Shown here one piece after another: positions 29,878 through 40,933 of a stretch of 64,000 bases of DNA. The notes beneath the pieces are model-generated. The model was not told where the DNA came from. It worked only from the letters and a program-made list of their open reading frames with translations, and ran no database searches. Both the position numbers and the translations under genes were made by a program. Numbering within the stretch: the first letter of the stretch is position 1; every line of letters starts with the position of its first letter. The DNA is from an uncultured Flavobacteriaceae bacterium (GTDB taxonomy: Bacteria; Bacteroidota; Bacteroidia; Flavobacteriales; Flavobacteriaceae), in assembly GCA_938082715.1 (NCBI GenBank), contig CALKCR010000023.1:33204-97203 (forward strand), in the 5' to 3' direction.

Positions 29878-31545
29878 TTATTCCTCTGTTTTTTGCAGAA
29901 AATCCTCCGGGATGCTTACCTCTCTGATTTTAGTGGGTTGAAATTGATTGTCCTCTTCACTAAAAAGCTCCAGTATGGTATTGGGTCGCTCATCCTCTCT
30001 CCAAATAAAACCTTCGAGTTTTCGTTCGTTAAGGGGTAGATCCTTGTCTGGAAATAAATTTCCATCCGGACTGACAAAGAAAGTAATATCTTCAATCTGA
30101 TTTTCATTTGTAACCATTTTAAGTCGGCTGCATGCTGTTTTGTCAATCCCAATCAATTCATTGTCTTCATCCGAGTACATATAATAAATGACCTCGGTAT
30201 TTTTGCTAACGTAAATTTCACGAAGCTCTCCTTCCTTAAAAAGACCATCGAGTACTCCACCCTTGATTTGATTAAAACCGGTATCGCTTATGGAATCTCT
30301 TTCAATAATCCAGCTGTTGCCAATGATTTTAAGGGAATCCAGTTTTTTGGTTTTTATGTCGGAGGTAAGAAATATTTTATCTCCGGACATTTGACTTTTT
30401 CCAAACCATAGAATAGGGTTTTTTTTGTTTTTTTGGCTGGATGTTAAAATTTGATTTTCCTTTCGGCTCAGGGGTAATTTGAGTAATTTGATCAGTCCTG
30501 TGCTTTGATCTAAATGAAGTGAATCTGATCTTCCCCTGAGGTCTGTTTTAAATATTCTCACATCATAGTATCCCCTCAATATTTTTTTTTCAGTTGGTCC
30601 TGTCGCAATGAGTGTATCGGCGTGTATGTAGAGCGAATCCTGATCAATGATGTTAACGGCCAAGGCTCTTCGGGTGATGATGGCAGAATCCTTAGCTTTG
30701 AAAATCTCACCGTAATGGCCATTGATGACGGATTTGTTTAGGGTGTCAATCACACTGATGTTGTTGGTTGCAGCGGCATAATTTTTTTCATTTTCAAAAT
30801 ACAAACTGTCTCCTCTGATTTCTTTATTATCATAAAAGATGACTGCATTTTCCTGAAAATTACCTTTTTGCAATTGGGTGTCATAAGCTCCCTTTTCACA
30901 GTAAATGTCGTATTCCTCTCCCACGATGGTTGTTTTTCCATAAAAGAAGGCCTTATCACTTTCGGTATAATAGTCCAGTTGCTGAGATTTCAGTTGGTAT
31001 TCCGGATCGTCAATTTTTACCCTAGAGATGAATCGGTATTTTTTTTCATTCATAAAGTAGATTCCTCTGATACTGGTAAGTTTTATTTTTTCATCTACGA
31101 TGGTTCCAAAGGAGTTGTAAAAGGCTTTGGAATTGGCCCGATCTAAATAGAGGGTGTCTGTTTTTAGATTCATGTCGGGTCGTTCAAGAACAACTTTCCC
31201 CCATGCTTTGGCTAGTTTACTACTACCATCGTACTCGATTTGATCACATGTCATTTTTAGAGTATCGCCTTGGGTATAGACCACATCACCGTTGGCTCTG
31301 AAAAAATTTTCCTTGGGATAGAAATAGGATACATCTGATTTGATCAGAGCGCCCTCGTGAAAAAGGTGTACTCTGACCCCCTCTTTTTTAACCAAGATAT
31401 TGGCACCGGGAAATCTGAATTGATCTTGGGTGGAGCCTCCGGCTTGAATGATTTCAATAATCTTTGGTTGCTCTTGTGAAGCTACTTTTCCTATCGCCAA
31501 TAGAAAAATAAGCTGAAGTATACCGATTTGAATCTTCTGTCTCAC
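29878..31545 (-). CDS. OstA-like (LptA/LptD N-terminal-like) repeat protein, secreted
   Basis: Signal peptide followed by repeated OstA-type beta-jellyroll segments (e.g. ANGDVVYTQGDTLKMTCDQIEYD). Its stop abuts the aminotransferase start. Confidence 0.6.
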   Translation of the reverse strand: MRQKIQIGILQLIFLLAIGKVASQEQPKIIEIIQAGGSTQDQFRFPGANILVKKEGVRVHLFHEGALIKSDVSYFYPKENFFRANGDVVYTQGDTLKMTCDQIEYDGSSKLAKAWGKVVLERPDMNLKTDTLYLDRANSKAFYNSFGTIVDEKIKLTSIRGIYFMNEKKYRFISRVKIDDPEYQLKSQQLDYYTESDKAFFYGKTTIVGEEYDIYCEKGAYDTQLQKGNFQENAVIFYDNKEIRGDSLYFENEKNYAAATNNISVIDTLNKSVINGHYGEIFKAKDSAIITRRALAVNIIDQDSLYIHADTLIATGPTEKKILRGYYDVRIFKTDLRGRSDSLHLDQSTGLIKLLKLPLSRKENQILTSSQKNKKNPILWFGKSQMSGDKIFLTSDIKTKKLDSLKIIGNSWIIERDSISDTGFNQIKGGVLDGLFKEGELREIYVSKNTEVIYYMYSDEDNELIGIDKTACSRLKMVTNENQIEDITFFVSPDGNLFPDKDLPLNERKLEGFIWREDERPNTILELFSEEDNQFQPTKIREVSIPEDFLQKTEE

Positions 31546-31577
31546 AGTGAGTTGTTGTTGGAGCTAAAATAAAAAAT

Positions 31578-32849
31578 CTACCTCATAATGGTTTGTTTTC
31601 TGTCGGGTCCTACAGAAACAATTTTTATAGGTGTCTTGAGTTCTCGCTCCAAGAAATGAATATAATCTATAAAATTTTTGGGGAGTTTATCGATTGAATT
31701 GATTTGGGTTAGATCTTCCTCCCATCCGGCAACTTCAATGTATTCGGGCGATACAGATTCGGGATTGATGTCAAAGGGAAAGTGATCAATAAGTCCCTCC
31801 TCTGTTTTGTATTGATTACAGACTTTTATGGTGTCGAGGCCAGAGAGCACGTCTCCTTTCATCATCATCAGTTGGGTAACACCGTTGACCCGAATAGCGT
31901 ATTTTAGAGCAACCAGGTCAATCCAACCGCATCGTCGGGCTCTGCCTGTGGTGGCTCCAAACTCATGTCCAATTTTAGCAATGCGCTTACCGATATCGTC
32001 AAATAACTCAGTGGGAAAAGGTCCGCTACCTACTCGGGTAGTATAGGCTTTAAAAATTCCAAAGACCTCTTTAATTTTATTGGGGGCAACACCTAAACCC
32101 GTACATGCTCCTGCCGCCGTTGTAGTGGAGGAGGTAACAAATGGATAGGTTCCAAAGTCAACATCCAGTAATGATCCTTGAGCTCCTTCAGCCAAAATCT
32201 TTTTTCCAGCGTCTTGAGCTTTGTGCAGAAAGTTTTCACTGTCTACTATTTGGCATTTTTTTAAGGTTTCAATGGATTCAAAAAATTGGGTTTCCAATTC
32301 GCTGAGGTCATACTCCAAATCCACATTGTGAAAATCCAACATTTTGAGGTGTTTCTGGGTCAATGCCTGATAGCGATCTTTCCAGCTTTTGGTTAAAATG
32401 TCTCCTACACGCATCCCATTTCTTCCGGTTTTGTCCATATAGGTTGGACCAATTCCCTTTAAAGTTGAGCCAATTTTGGCTTTTCCTTTGGAAGCTTCCG
32501 ACGCGGCATCGAGTAATCGGTGGGTGGGAAGAATAAGATGGGCTTTTTTGGAGATCAATAATTTGGTCGAAAAATCAATATCATAGGGGGCCAAATTCTC
32601 CAGTTCTATTTTAAAGATCACCGGATCGATGACCACTCCATTACCAATCAGATTGATGGCACTGGGGTGAAATATCCCAGAGGGTATGGTGTGTAAAACG
32701 TGTTTTATTCCTTCAAATTCGAGGGTGTGGCCAGCATTGGGCCCTCCCTGAAAACGGGCAATGATGTCATAGGATTCCGTCAATACATCGACGATTTTAC
32801 CTTTCCCTTCGTCGCCCCATTGGAGGCCTAGCAGTAAGTCTACGGACAT
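31578..32849 (-). CDS. purA: Adenylosuccinate synthase
   Basis: GLQWGDEGKGKIVD P-loop, GPNAGHT, GTTGRGIGP-like segment TLKGIGPTY; 423 aa. Confidence 0.95.
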   Translation of the reverse strand: MSVDLLLGLQWGDEGKGKIVDVLTESYDIIARFQGGPNAGHTLEFEGIKHVLHTIPSGIFHPSAINLIGNGVVIDPVIFKIELENLAPYDIDFSTKLLISKKAHLILPTHRLLDAASEASKGKAKIGSTLKGIGPTYMDKTGRNGMRVGDILTKSWKDRYQALTQKHLKMLDFHNVDLEYDLSELETQFFESIETLKKCQIVDSENFLHKAQDAGKKILAEGAQGSLLDVDFGTYPFVTSSTTTAAGACTGLGVAPNKIKEVFGIFKAYTTRVGSGPFPTELFDDIGKRIAKIGHEFGATTGRARRCGWIDLVALKYAIRVNGVTQLMMMKGDVLSGLDTIKVCNQYKTEEGLIDHFPFDINPESVSPEYIEVAGWEEDLTQINSIDKLPKNFIDYIHFLERELKTPIKIVSVGPDRKQTIMR

Positions 32850-32856
32850 ATTTAAT

Positions 32857-33306
32857 TTATGAGTTTACTCTTTTTTTTGTTCCGTAAAAATAAAGAGAAT
32901 GGTTGTGTATTTCAATATCGAATATTTCCTCAATTGTTTTTTTTATGTTTTGGATTCTGGGATCACAAAATTCCTTTACCTCTCCGGAATCTGTGAAGAT
33001 GATATGATCGTGTTGGTGATCAAAATAGGACTTTTCATACTGGGCTTGGTTTTTGCCAAACTGGTGTTTTCTCACCAATCCACACTCCAAAAGGAGTTCG
33101 ATGGTGTTGTAGAGTGTTGCCCTGCTTACCCTGTAATTTTTGTTTTTCATGGTGATGTACAATGATTCAATATCAAAGTGTTCATCACTGTCATAAATTT
33201 CATACAATATGGCAAATCGCTCCGGTGTTTTTCGGTGGGCATGCTTGTTTAGAAAGTTTACGAAAACCTCTTTAACAATTTCTTGATTGGATTTGTTTTT
33301 TTCCAT
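32857..33306 (-). CDS. Fur family transcriptional regulator
   Basis: Winged-helix region [20 protein letters not shown] plus a His-rich metal site HQHDH; 149 aa. Confidence 0.75.
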   Translation of the reverse strand: MEKNKSNQEIVKEVFVNFLNKHAHRKTPERFAILYEIYDSDEHFDIESLYITMKNKNYRVSRATLYNTIELLLECGLVRKHQFGKNQAQYEKSYFDHQHDHIIFTDSGEVKEFCDPRIQNIKKTIEEIFDIEIHNHSLYFYGTKKRVNS

Positions 33307-33328
33307 ATTTACAAATATAGGTCTTAAA

Positions 33329-35587
33329 TTATTCCCTGAGAACTTTATCTACACCTTTTACCTTTAAAATCCTATTAATCAATCGATTGAGTATTGTTTT
33401 ATTCTTTACATTTACACTGATTAATCCGGTAAAAATACCATCTTCACTGTCAAAACTCAGTTTATTGATGTTGACACTCATGTCTCCGGAAATCGATTGG
33501 GTAACCTCACTGACAATTCCCATATTGTCAATACCGGAAAGTTTTAAAATGGCGGTAAATTCATCGGATGAGGAATCCACCCATTTTGCTTTGATGATTC
33601 GATAAGCAAAATTGGATTGAAGTGACAATGCATTGGGACAGTCTTTTTTATGGACTTTAATACCTTCGTTTACGCTGACAAAACCAAAGACAGGGTCCCC
33701 TGCAATGGGATTGCAGCAGGGGGAAAGGGAGTGCTTTAAATTTTCCTTTTCTTTTCCGAAAACCAAAGTGTCAAATCGTTGTGTGATTTGCTCTTTGTCT
33801 TCTTTTTTGTAAACACGGCTTTGTTTTCTTATTCTTTTTTTGAAGAAATTGAGGAAACTGCTGTTGAATTCGGTTGAGAAATCTTTTAACTGTTTGTTGT
33901 TAATGGTCCCCAAACCGACACGATAAAACAAATCCAGACTGTTATTGAGATTGAAATACCTCAGCATGTGGCCAATGGTTTTGTCGTTGAGGGTGATCTT
34001 GAGTTGTTTTAATTTTCTTCTGAGGGTTTCTCTGCCATCCTCGGCAATTCTTTTCTTCTCTTCGTTGAGCGATGACTTGATTTTTGACTTGGCTCTAGAA
34101 GTCTGAACAAAGTCCAACCAGTTAGCAGTGGGTTTGATGTTTTCTGAGGTAATAACTTCAACATTTTCACCACTTTTCAAAGTCCTGCTCAATGGAACGA
34201 GTTTGCCATTGACTCTGGCACCTCTGGTTTTCATCCCCACTTCGGTGTGAATGCTGAAAGCAAAATCCAAAGCGGTGGCTCCTTTGGGCAAGGATTTTAT
34301 TTCCCCCGTTGGGGTGAATACAAAAATCTCTTTGGCGTAGAGGTTGAGCTTAAAGTTTTCTACAAAATCAACTGGATTTTCGTTGTTGCTTTCCAGAACC
34401 TCTTGGAGCTTGTCCAGCCAAGAGTCAATCCCTATGTCCTTTTGCTCACCTTGTTTGTATTTGTGATGCGCAGCATATCCCTTCTCTGCAATTTCATTCA
34501 TCCGTTCGGATCTTATTTGCACTTCTACCCATTTGTTACTGGGGCCCATGACGGTGATGTGCAAAGCCTCGTATCCATTTGATTTGGGGGCGGTGATCCA
34601 ATCCCTTAGTCGGGTGGGATTTGGGGTGAAATGATCCGTGATGATAGAATATATTTTCCAAGCCAAAAACTTTTCATTACGATGTGTGGCTTTGTAAATA
34701 ATACGAATGGCAAACTTGTCAAAAATATTCTCAAAAGGAATGTTTTGCATGGTCATTTTCCTGTTGATAGAGAAAATGGATTTGCTCCGCCCTTTGATTT
34801 GGTATTTCAATCCTTCTTCTGCCAAGGCAAATTGAATGATTTCAGAAAAAGATTTAATGTATTGATCTTGTGACTCCCTGCTGTCTTCGATTTTATTTTT
34901 AATGAATTCGTATCGAACAGCTTCGGTATACTTAAAACTCAGGTCTTCCAATTCAGTTTTGATGTTGTAGAGTCCGATCCTATGAGACAATGGAGCATAG
35001 ATGTAAAGGGTTTCAGAAGCGATTTTTACCTGCTTGTATTCAGGCATGGCATCTAGCGTTTGCATGTTGTGCAATCGGTCTGCAATTTTGATGATGATGA
35101 CCCTGATATCATCGGTGAGGGTAAGCAGCAGTTTCCTGAAATTTTCGGCTTGAAGGGAGACGTTGCTTTCCTTGCTGAGTTTGGAAATCTTGGTCAATCC
35201 CTCTACGATCCGCGCTACACCGCTTCCGAAAAGTTTTTCAATGTCCTCAAAACTATATTCAGTGTCTTCCACGACATCATGTAGCAGGGCAGCCGCAATA
35301 GAGGTAGCATCCAAACCAATTTCTTGTGCTACGATCTTAGCGACACTGATGGGGTGCAAAACATAGGGTTCACCCGACTTACGTCGCTGATTTCTGTGGG
35401 CACCAACAGCCGTGTCAAAAGCAGAACGTATCAACTTCTTATCTTCATCTGATAAGGTTTGATAGCTGATTCGAAGCAGCTCTTTGTAATGCTTTGCAAT
35501 CTCTTTGTTCTCTATTTTTTCACTTACAATCATCGCTATAATAAAGGTACTCGAAACTTTTAATTCGACAAAATCATTGGTCTCCAC
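33329..35587 (-). CDS. RelA/SpoT homologue, bifunctional (p)ppGpp synthetase/hydrolase
   Basis: HD hydrolase motif LLHDVVEDT, a synthetase domain (YEALHITV), and TGS and C-terminal ACT-like domains. The likely true start is the Met at 35533 ([11 protein letters not shown]). Confidence 0.9.
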   Translation of the reverse strand: METNDFVELKVSSTFIIAMIVSEKIENKEIAKHYKELLRISYQTLSDEDKKLIRSAFDTAVGAHRNQRRKSGEPYVLHPISVAKIVAQEIGLDATSIAAALLHDVVEDTEYSFEDIEKLFGSGVARIVEGLTKISKLSKESNVSLQAENFRKLLLTLTDDIRVIIIKIADRLHNMQTLDAMPEYKQVKIASETLYIYAPLSHRIGLYNIKTELEDLSFKYTEAVRYEFIKNKIEDSRESQDQYIKSFSEIIQFALAEEGLKYQIKGRSKSIFSINRKMTMQNIPFENIFDKFAIRIIYKATHRNEKFLAWKIYSIITDHFTPNPTRLRDWITAPKSNGYEALHITVMGPSNKWVEVQIRSERMNEIAEKGYAAHHKYKQGEQKDIGIDSWLDKLQEVLESNNENPVDFVENFKLNLYAKEIFVFTPTGEIKSLPKGATALDFAFSIHTEVGMKTRGARVNGKLVPLSRTLKSGENVEVITSENIKPTANWLDFVQTSRAKSKIKSSLNEEKKRIAEDGRETLRRKLKQLKITLNDKTIGHMLRYFNLNNSLDLFYRVGLGTINNKQLKDFSTEFNSSFLNFFKKRIRKQSRVYKKEDKEQITQRFDTLVFGKEKENLKHSLSPCCNPIAGDPVFGFVSVNEGIKVHKKDCPNALSLQSNFAYRIIKAKWVDSSSDEFTAILKLSGIDNMGIVSEVTQSISGDMSVNINKLSFDSEDGIFTGLISVNVKNKTILNRLINRILKVKGVDKVLRE

Positions 35588-36344
35588 AGTGATACATCAA
35601 AATCCCTGCCGAAACGGAAAGATTGAGTGAATCAATGGGAAATTTTATGGGAATTTTGACGATCTGTTGCGCTTTTTTTAGCCATTTTTGGTCAAGGCCT
35701 TTGTCTTCCGTCCCAAAAATCAATGCCAATGGCCTTGGGTACTCTACCCTTTTGAAGTGTTTAGCTTTGTGATCCAAAGCAGCAGCAGAGATGTTAAAAG
35801 CATTTTTTTCCAAGAACGAAATGACTTCTTCCGTATTATCGGTGGCAACGGGAATGGAAAAGACCCCTCCCATACTGTTTCTGATGATCCGGGGGTGGTA
35901 GAGATCTGTTTTGGGATTGGCAATAATTACTGCATCCCAATCGGCCGCAGCGGCTGTTCGCAGAAGCGCACCAATATTTCCGGGTTTTTCTGGAGCCTCC
36001 ACAACCAGAACACGACTGTCATTATTGACAAAAATATCTTTTATATAATGACTTTTGGCCTCCAATATGGCAATGACTTCCTCTGAGCCTGAACGCATGC
36101 TTACGCGATCAAAAAGAGCGGCGCTCAATTCAAAAACATTAGCCGAATCCTCGTAAACAATTCCTTCATCATATCCTTTCCTGTAAAAAAGGGTGTCGAT
36201 GTTGTAGCCCATTTCAAATGCCCTGCTCAATTCCCTATTACCCGACACCACAAAAAGATTTTCTTTTTTACGCACCCTTGACTTGCTCATCAACAGATTG
36301 AGTTTTTTGATTATGGGGTTGTGAAGACTGCTGATGTATTTCAA
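35574..36344 (-). CDS. TrmH/SpoU family RNA 2'-O-methyltransferase
   Basis: SpoU motifs NIGALLRTA, ALIFGTEDKGL and IPIKFPIDSLNLSVSAGILMY. Confidence 0.8.
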   Translation of the reverse strand: MKYISSLHNPIIKKLNLLMSKSRVRKKENLFVVSGNRELSRAFEMGYNIDTLFYRKGYDEGIVYEDSANVFELSAALFDRVSMRSGSEEVIAILEAKSHYIKDIFVNNDSRVLVVEAPEKPGNIGALLRTAAAADWDAVIIANPKTDLYHPRIIRNSMGGVFSIPVATDNTEEVISFLEKNAFNISAAALDHKAKHFKRVEYPRPLALIFGTEDKGLDQKWLKKAQQIVKIPIKFPIDSLNLSVSAGILMYHCGDQ

Positions 36345-36387
36345 ATCTGTTTTTTTATAAAGTTATTGGGTAATTGACAGAACAGCA

Positions 36388-37455
36388 TCAAAATCGCTTT
36401 GAATTTTTGTGATAGTTGATCACCAATCCCACCATTTCATTGTAACTCTTAATGCCACTTTTTTGGCCGTTGGCCATAAGGTAGCTGTCATAGGTCTTGT
36501 CAAAAATAATTTCAAAAGGATTTTCATATTTCTTCCAAAAATCATTGACTTCCTTGAAGTTTTTAAGAATACCCGGATTTAAACGCTTTAATTTACTTTT
36601 TGCAATTTTTGAATCCAGTTTGTATAATTCATTAAATAAATACCTGAAAGCAAAAGTGTTTCCGGCATACTGAATATAGGGATCTTCAGAGGTGATGGAG
36701 GATAGATAAGCGATAAAATTGGCCTCTTTTTCAGCAGCATACCCTATTTGATGGGCAGTTTCGTGAAGTGATGTGGTGATCAAACTCTGAATAGGCATTC
36801 TTGCATTTACTTGAGACTCTAATGTAAAGGGATTCAGATATCCCGAATATCCCATATAGGACAGGGGTAGGCTCAATAGAGATTTTTTTACTTTGGAGGC
36901 GTAAAGTAGGGTTTCGTGATAAACGGGGTGATAAAGAGTGATTTTTTCTGAGACTTGTTCTCTTGAAAAAGGAAATGTTACTGCTAAAGTATCTGATGAA
37001 ACAAGACGATTGTGCCATTGATTTGATTCATCAATAATTTTATCTAAACGGTCTACCAGGTCTTCTTCATTATACTCAATGGGAATTTGAAGTTGGTCAC
37101 TCAAGGGAAGCCTGTGGTAATTGAATCCCCAACTTATGTGAAATATCCAAACTACCAGAATCAGCAATGCCCCAAAATCTAAAAGTAGATTCAGTGGTTT
37201 GGCCCGCCAACAGCTAATTTTTTTAAAAGTTGTTTTGAGTACAAAAAGGCTCAGGGCCACATAGAGTAAATCTCCCAGGGAGAAGGGAATCAAATCCAGA
37301 AAAAACCGGTTTAGTTCGAAAATCAGAGGATAGAAAATTCTACTGTAGTATTTTTCAACGATATCAGGATTTTTGCGCGCAAAACTTATAAACAACCACA
37401 GTGGGATAGCGGAGTACCAAAGCAAGGTGGTTGTTTTTTTACTCATGTGCAGCAA
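36388..37455 (-). CDS. DUF3810 domain-containing putative zinc metallopeptidase (membrane-anchored)
   Basis: N-terminal TM helices and an HExxH motif (HETAHQ), followed by EKEANFIAY. Confidence 0.65.
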   Translation of the reverse strand: MLHMSKKTTTLLWYSAIPLWLFISFARKNPDIVEKYYSRIFYPLIFELNRFFLDLIPFSLGDLLYVALSLFVLKTTFKKISCWRAKPLNLLLDFGALLILVVWIFHISWGFNYHRLPLSDQLQIPIEYNEEDLVDRLDKIIDESNQWHNRLVSSDTLAVTFPFSREQVSEKITLYHPVYHETLLYASKVKKSLLSLPLSYMGYSGYLNPFTLESQVNARMPIQSLITTSLHETAHQIGYAAEKEANFIAYLSSITSEDPYIQYAGNTFAFRYLFNELYKLDSKIAKSKLKRLNPGILKNFKEVNDFWKKYENPFEIIFDKTYDSYLMANGQKSGIKSYNEMVGLVINYHKNSKRF

Positions 37456-37467
37456 ATCACATTCTAC

Positions 37468-38547
37468 CTATTCAATCAAAGCGACAATTTCAACTTCAAA
37501 AATCATATCAGAACGTGGAGGAATAGCCTGATTTCCGTTTTCGCCATAGGCCAATTGATGGGGCAAAAACAGTGTAGCTTTATCTCCCACATTCAAAAGT
37601 CTTAAGCCTTCTTTAAATCCTTCAATCATAGCCGCATCGGGACTTACATCGGCTTTAATGGGTTGATAGGCTCCAGCGGCCTTACGGTTGGGATCAACTC
37701 TGTCCAATGCTTCGGCGGTTTCCAATTTACTGGTTTCCAGCAAAATGCCATCGGAAAAGTAAACCGCATAATGGGCGGTTACTTTGTTGGTGGTTGTTAC
37801 CCTGGATCCTTTGCCCTTTTCGGTAATGATATACTGCAGCCCGGAGGGTGTTGTTTCAGCTTTGGCTTTTAGAGCGTTAAATTTTTCTTGATTTGCTTTC
37901 ATTATAGCGGCTTGTTTTTCGGTTTTTTCTCGTTCCGCTATTATTTTTTCTTCAAAATAGTTGGAGAATACTTCAGGGGCATCAAATCGTTTAGCATCAC
38001 TTCCTTTCCTGATGATGGATACTTTGAAAATGGTGTCGTTTTGCGCAATGCTATCGACTACTGCTTGACCTTGAACGACTTTTCCAAACACAGAATGTTT
38101 TCCATTGAGCCAGGGGGTTTCTTTGTGGGTAATAAAGAATTGGCTTCCATTGGTTTCGGGTCCGGAATTGGCCATCGAGAGAATACCGGGGCCACTATGG
38201 GTCAAATCAGTAAACTCATCGATAAATTGATAGCCGGGCCCTCCCGATCCAGTGGCGGTGGGATCCCCTCCTTGAATCATAAAATCCTTGATGACCCTGT
38301 GAAAGATTATTCCGTCATAATATTTTTTTCCCGAAAACTCTTTTGCGACTTTGGGATTGTTTCCCTCTGCCAAAGAGACAAAGTTGGCAACGGTGATGGG
38401 TGTCTTCTCCAATTCCAATTGCAACATGATCTCACCTTTGTTGGTTTCAATATTGGCGTACAAGCCTTTGTTTAGTTCGGGATACTGTTGGGTACAACCT
38501 ATGATCAAAGTTGCAAAAATGAGCCCCAGTAAATTGGTTTTTTTCAT
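37468..38547 (-). CDS. Dual-family peptidyl-prolyl isomerase lipoprotein: N-terminal cyclophilin domain fused to a C-terminal FKBP domain
   Basis: Lipobox [18 protein letters not shown]. Cyclophilin motifs [31 protein letters not shown] and HSVFGKV. FKBP motifs [41 protein letters not shown] and IFEVEIV. Start chosen at 38547, not the listed 38637. Confidence 0.85.
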   Translation of the reverse strand: MKKTNLLGLIFATLIIGCTQQYPELNKGLYANIETNKGEIMLQLELEKTPITVANFVSLAEGNNPKVAKEFSGKKYYDGIIFHRVIKDFMIQGGDPTATGSGGPGYQFIDEFTDLTHSGPGILSMANSGPETNGSQFFITHKETPWLNGKHSVFGKVVQGQAVVDSIAQNDTIFKVSIIRKGSDAKRFDAPEVFSNYFEEKIIAEREKTEKQAAIMKANQEKFNALKAKAETTPSGLQYIITEKGKGSRVTTTNKVTAHYAVYFSDGILLETSKLETAEALDRVDPNRKAAGAYQPIKADVSPDAAMIEGFKEGLRLLNVGDKATLFLPHQLAYGENGNQAIPPRSDMIFEVEIVALIE

Positions 38548-39083
38548 ATTGAAGTTTTTAGTTTTAAAAGTTCTATGGTAAAACGAAGGGGTTGATTTAT
38601 CCCTATTTTTTCTCCATCGCCTTGATAGCCATAACAAAGGTAGGAAGGAAACAGAAATACACCAATTTCCCCCAGGCGTAAATATTTTACTCCTTCCCTG
38701 AGTGCAGGGATCAAATCTTCCTGATCCACAAAAAAACTCACATCTCCCAATTCTTTTTCATCGTAAAGTAGGTTCCCGTTAAGATCCTCTATGCGATATT
38801 TAAAAGTAACACGATCGCCTTTTTTGGGGTAGCTGTCATCGGAATTGGTATTTTTTTGATAGGCATACCAAAAACCAAGAGGAGTACTCTCAAAAGAGAG
38901 CTTTTTTTCTTTCTCAATGGCCTGCCGAAACAATGACTGCTCTATGGCAATGATGTTTTTATTTCTTTTGGCAGATTCCTTGAGGAAAACTTGCTTTTGT
39001 TTGTTGATGGGCCGGCGAGGCTCAAGGTTTTGACAACTCAAAACACCAACAAGAAACAAGGATAACAATAGCTTTCTAAACAT
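38544..39083 (-). CDS. gldI: FKBP-type peptidyl-prolyl isomerase lipoprotein, GldI-like (gliding-motility associated)
   Basis: Lipobox LVGVLSC, then [20 protein letters not shown] and GFWYAY, which match my recollection of GldI, plus an FKBP core ([33 protein letters not shown]). It has an ATGA overlap with the next gene. Confidence 0.6.
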   Translation of the reverse strand: MFRKLLLSLFLVGVLSCQNLEPRRPINKQKQVFLKESAKRNKNIIAIEQSLFRQAIEKEKKLSFESTPLGFWYAYQKNTNSDDSYPKKGDRVTFKYRIEDLNGNLLYDEKELGDVSFFVDQEDLIPALREGVKYLRLGEIGVFLFPSYLCYGYQGDGEKIGINQPLRFTIELLKLKTSI

Positions 39084-40089
39084 TGAATTGAGATTTTTCG
39101 TGCATTACCATATTTCTGAATTGCGCTGCGGTTTCATCTAAATTCAAATACGAAACTCCGCCTGCTGCATTTATGTGTCCTCCGCCGTTGAAATATTTTT
39201 TTGCAAATTGATTTACATCAAAAGACCCTTTGGATCGAAAAGACATTTTGATGATCTTTTCCGTTTCGTTTTCAATCATGATCACGGCCAATGTTATGCC
39301 CTCAAGACTTAAGCCATAATTTACAAAGCCCTCTGTGTCTCCTTTTTTAAAGTTGTTTTGATTCAATTCTTTTTGTGAAAGTGTGATATAGACCACTGGA
39401 ATTTCATCTATCTTTTTTAGGTTGTTGAGGGCCGTTCCCAACAATTGCAACCTATTGAAAGAATAGGTATCATAAATTTTTTGGTGAATGGTATGGGGTT
39501 GCGCACCTTTTTCAATGAGTGTGCCTACAATTTGATGTGTTCTAGCCGTGGTTGAGGGAAATCTGAATGAACCGGTGTCGGTCATGATCCCAGTATAGAT
39601 ACAAGTGGCGATAGCAGCATCAATTTGATCGTGATCTAAACTGGAAATCAATTCATATACCATTTCGCAAGTTGATCCCTTGGTAGCGTCTGAGTAGGTT
39701 ATTGAAGCATAATCTCCGGGGTGTTCGTGATGGTCAATCATTATTTTTAGGGCATTGATCTGTTCAACAACAGGAGCCAATTGATCAATCCTGCTCAACT
39801 GATTAAAGTCCAAGGTAAAGATGATGTCGGCATCTTCCACCAATTGGGTTGATTCATCTGCAAGCTGAGAAAATTTTATAATTTCCTCTTGACCGGGCAT
39901 CCAATCCAGAAATTCAGGGTATTCATTGGGAGCAATGATCCGCGAATCATGTCCGGTTTTGATCAAAAAAGCATGAAGGGCAAGACTGCTTCCCAAGGCA
40001 TCGCCATCTGGATTTTTATGGGGAATGATGACAATTTTTTTTGGGGTAATGAGTGCTTTTTGAAATGCTTCTAAGAGTTGTTCGTTCAT
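39076..40089 (-). CDS. DHH-family phosphoesterase (NrnA-like oligoribonuclease / pAp phosphatase)
   Basis: DGDALGS, the DHH motif (MIDHHEH), and DHHA1 GGGH (FNGGGHINAAG). Confidence 0.8.
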   Translation of the reverse strand: MNEQLLEAFQKALITPKKIVIIPHKNPDGDALGSSLALHAFLIKTGHDSRIIAPNEYPEFLDWMPGQEEIIKFSQLADESTQLVEDADIIFTLDFNQLSRIDQLAPVVEQINALKIMIDHHEHPGDYASITYSDATKGSTCEMVYELISSLDHDQIDAAIATCIYTGIMTDTGSFRFPSTTARTHQIVGTLIEKGAQPHTIHQKIYDTYSFNRLQLLGTALNNLKKIDEIPVVYITLSQKELNQNNFKKGDTEGFVNYGLSLEGITLAVIMIENETEKIIKMSFRSKGSFDVNQFAKKYFNGGGHINAAGGVSYLNLDETAAQFRNMVMHEKSQFNV

Positions 40090-40186
40090 TTGTCCAAAGA
40101 TACCAAAATTTGGGCCTTATTGTTTTCTCCCCATTGGATAAATATTAATAAAAAGGGGCGGGAATAGCAAAAGAAATCATTTTTTA

Positions 40187-40194
40187 TAAATTTG
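40187..40194 (+). promoter_or_regulatory. Candidate -7 box (TAAATTTG) for ndk
   Basis: Exact TAnnTTTG 17 nt before the ndk ATG. No -33 TTTG lies at the expected spacing. Confidence 0.35.
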
Positions 40195-40211
40195 CATCAA
40201 AAATAACCGCT

Positions 40212-40631
40212 ATGCTTTCCAACAAAACTTTCACGATGATTAAACCCGACGCTGTTGAAAAAGGGCACGTTGGAGCCATCCTCAATAAAATTAATGCTTC
40301 GGGATTTAGAATTGTCTCTATGAAAATGACGCAAATGTCCCAACGTGATGCTGAGTTGTTTTATGCGGTACACAAGGAACGCCCATTTTTTGGTGAATTG
40401 GTATCTTTTATGAGTCGAGGGCCTATTATTGTAGCCATACTTGAAAAAGAAAATGCTGTAGACGATTTCAGAACCTTGATCGGAGCCACCAACCCCGAAG
40501 AGGCTGCAGAGGGTACTCTGCGTAAACAATTTGCAACATCAATGGGTGAAAATGCGGTACATGGATCTGACAGTAATGAAAACGCCGAAATTGAGGGAGC
40601 GTTTCATTTCTCCGTTAGAGAAATGTTTTAG
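40212..40631 (+). CDS. ndk: Nucleoside-diphosphate kinase
   Basis: [10 protein letters not shown] and the NAVHGSD active-site His; 139 aa. Confidence 0.95.
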   Translation: MLSNKTFTMIKPDAVEKGHVGAILNKINASGFRIVSMKMTQMSQRDAELFYAVHKERPFFGELVSFMSRGPIIVAILEKENAVDDFRTLIGATNPEEAAEGTLRKQFATSMGENAVHGSDSNENAEIEGAFHFSVREMF

Positions 40632-40930
40632 CGGAGTACCACTTTTTCGAGTACTTCACTTCCCAGCTGTTCATTCATCATTTCCCTGATCTTTTCCTTA
40701 CCATAACTCAGTTCCTCTCGTAAGGCTGCGTTGTTCAGTGAGACTAAAAGCGTATTTCCTTTAAGCGTTATTTTTTCGGTGTAATGGGTCATGTGTGTTC
40801 CCATCAATTCGTACCACAATTCATTGATTCGGGCATTGGTGATTCCCGTTTTTAGCGCTTTTGACTGAACGATTTCGTCCAATACTTTACCGATGCTTTG
40901 AGGTTCAAATTTTCTTTTGGTTGACTTCAT
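40628..40930 (-). CDS. DUF721 domain-containing protein
   Basis: 100-aa protein downstream of recF in the usual position. The [16 protein letters not shown] segment is typical of the DUF721/Zn-ribbon-like family. Confidence 0.6.
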   Translation of the reverse strand: MKSTKRKFEPQSIGKVLDEIVQSKALKTGITNARINELWYELMGTHMTHYTEKITLKGNTLLVSLNNAALREELSYGKEKIREMMNEQLGSEVLEKVVLR

Positions 40931-40933
40931 GGG

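Noticed and set aside
37888-38475. 195-aa ORF antisense to the cyclophilin-FKBP gene.
   Set aside because: A shadow ORF. The opposite strand carries unmistakable cyclophilin motifs.
38548-38637. 30-codon N-terminal extension of the PPIase ORF ([14 protein letters not shown]...).
   Set aside because: The extension overlaps the upstream gene. The internal ATG at 38547 gives a canonical lipoprotein signal and an ATGA coupling junction.
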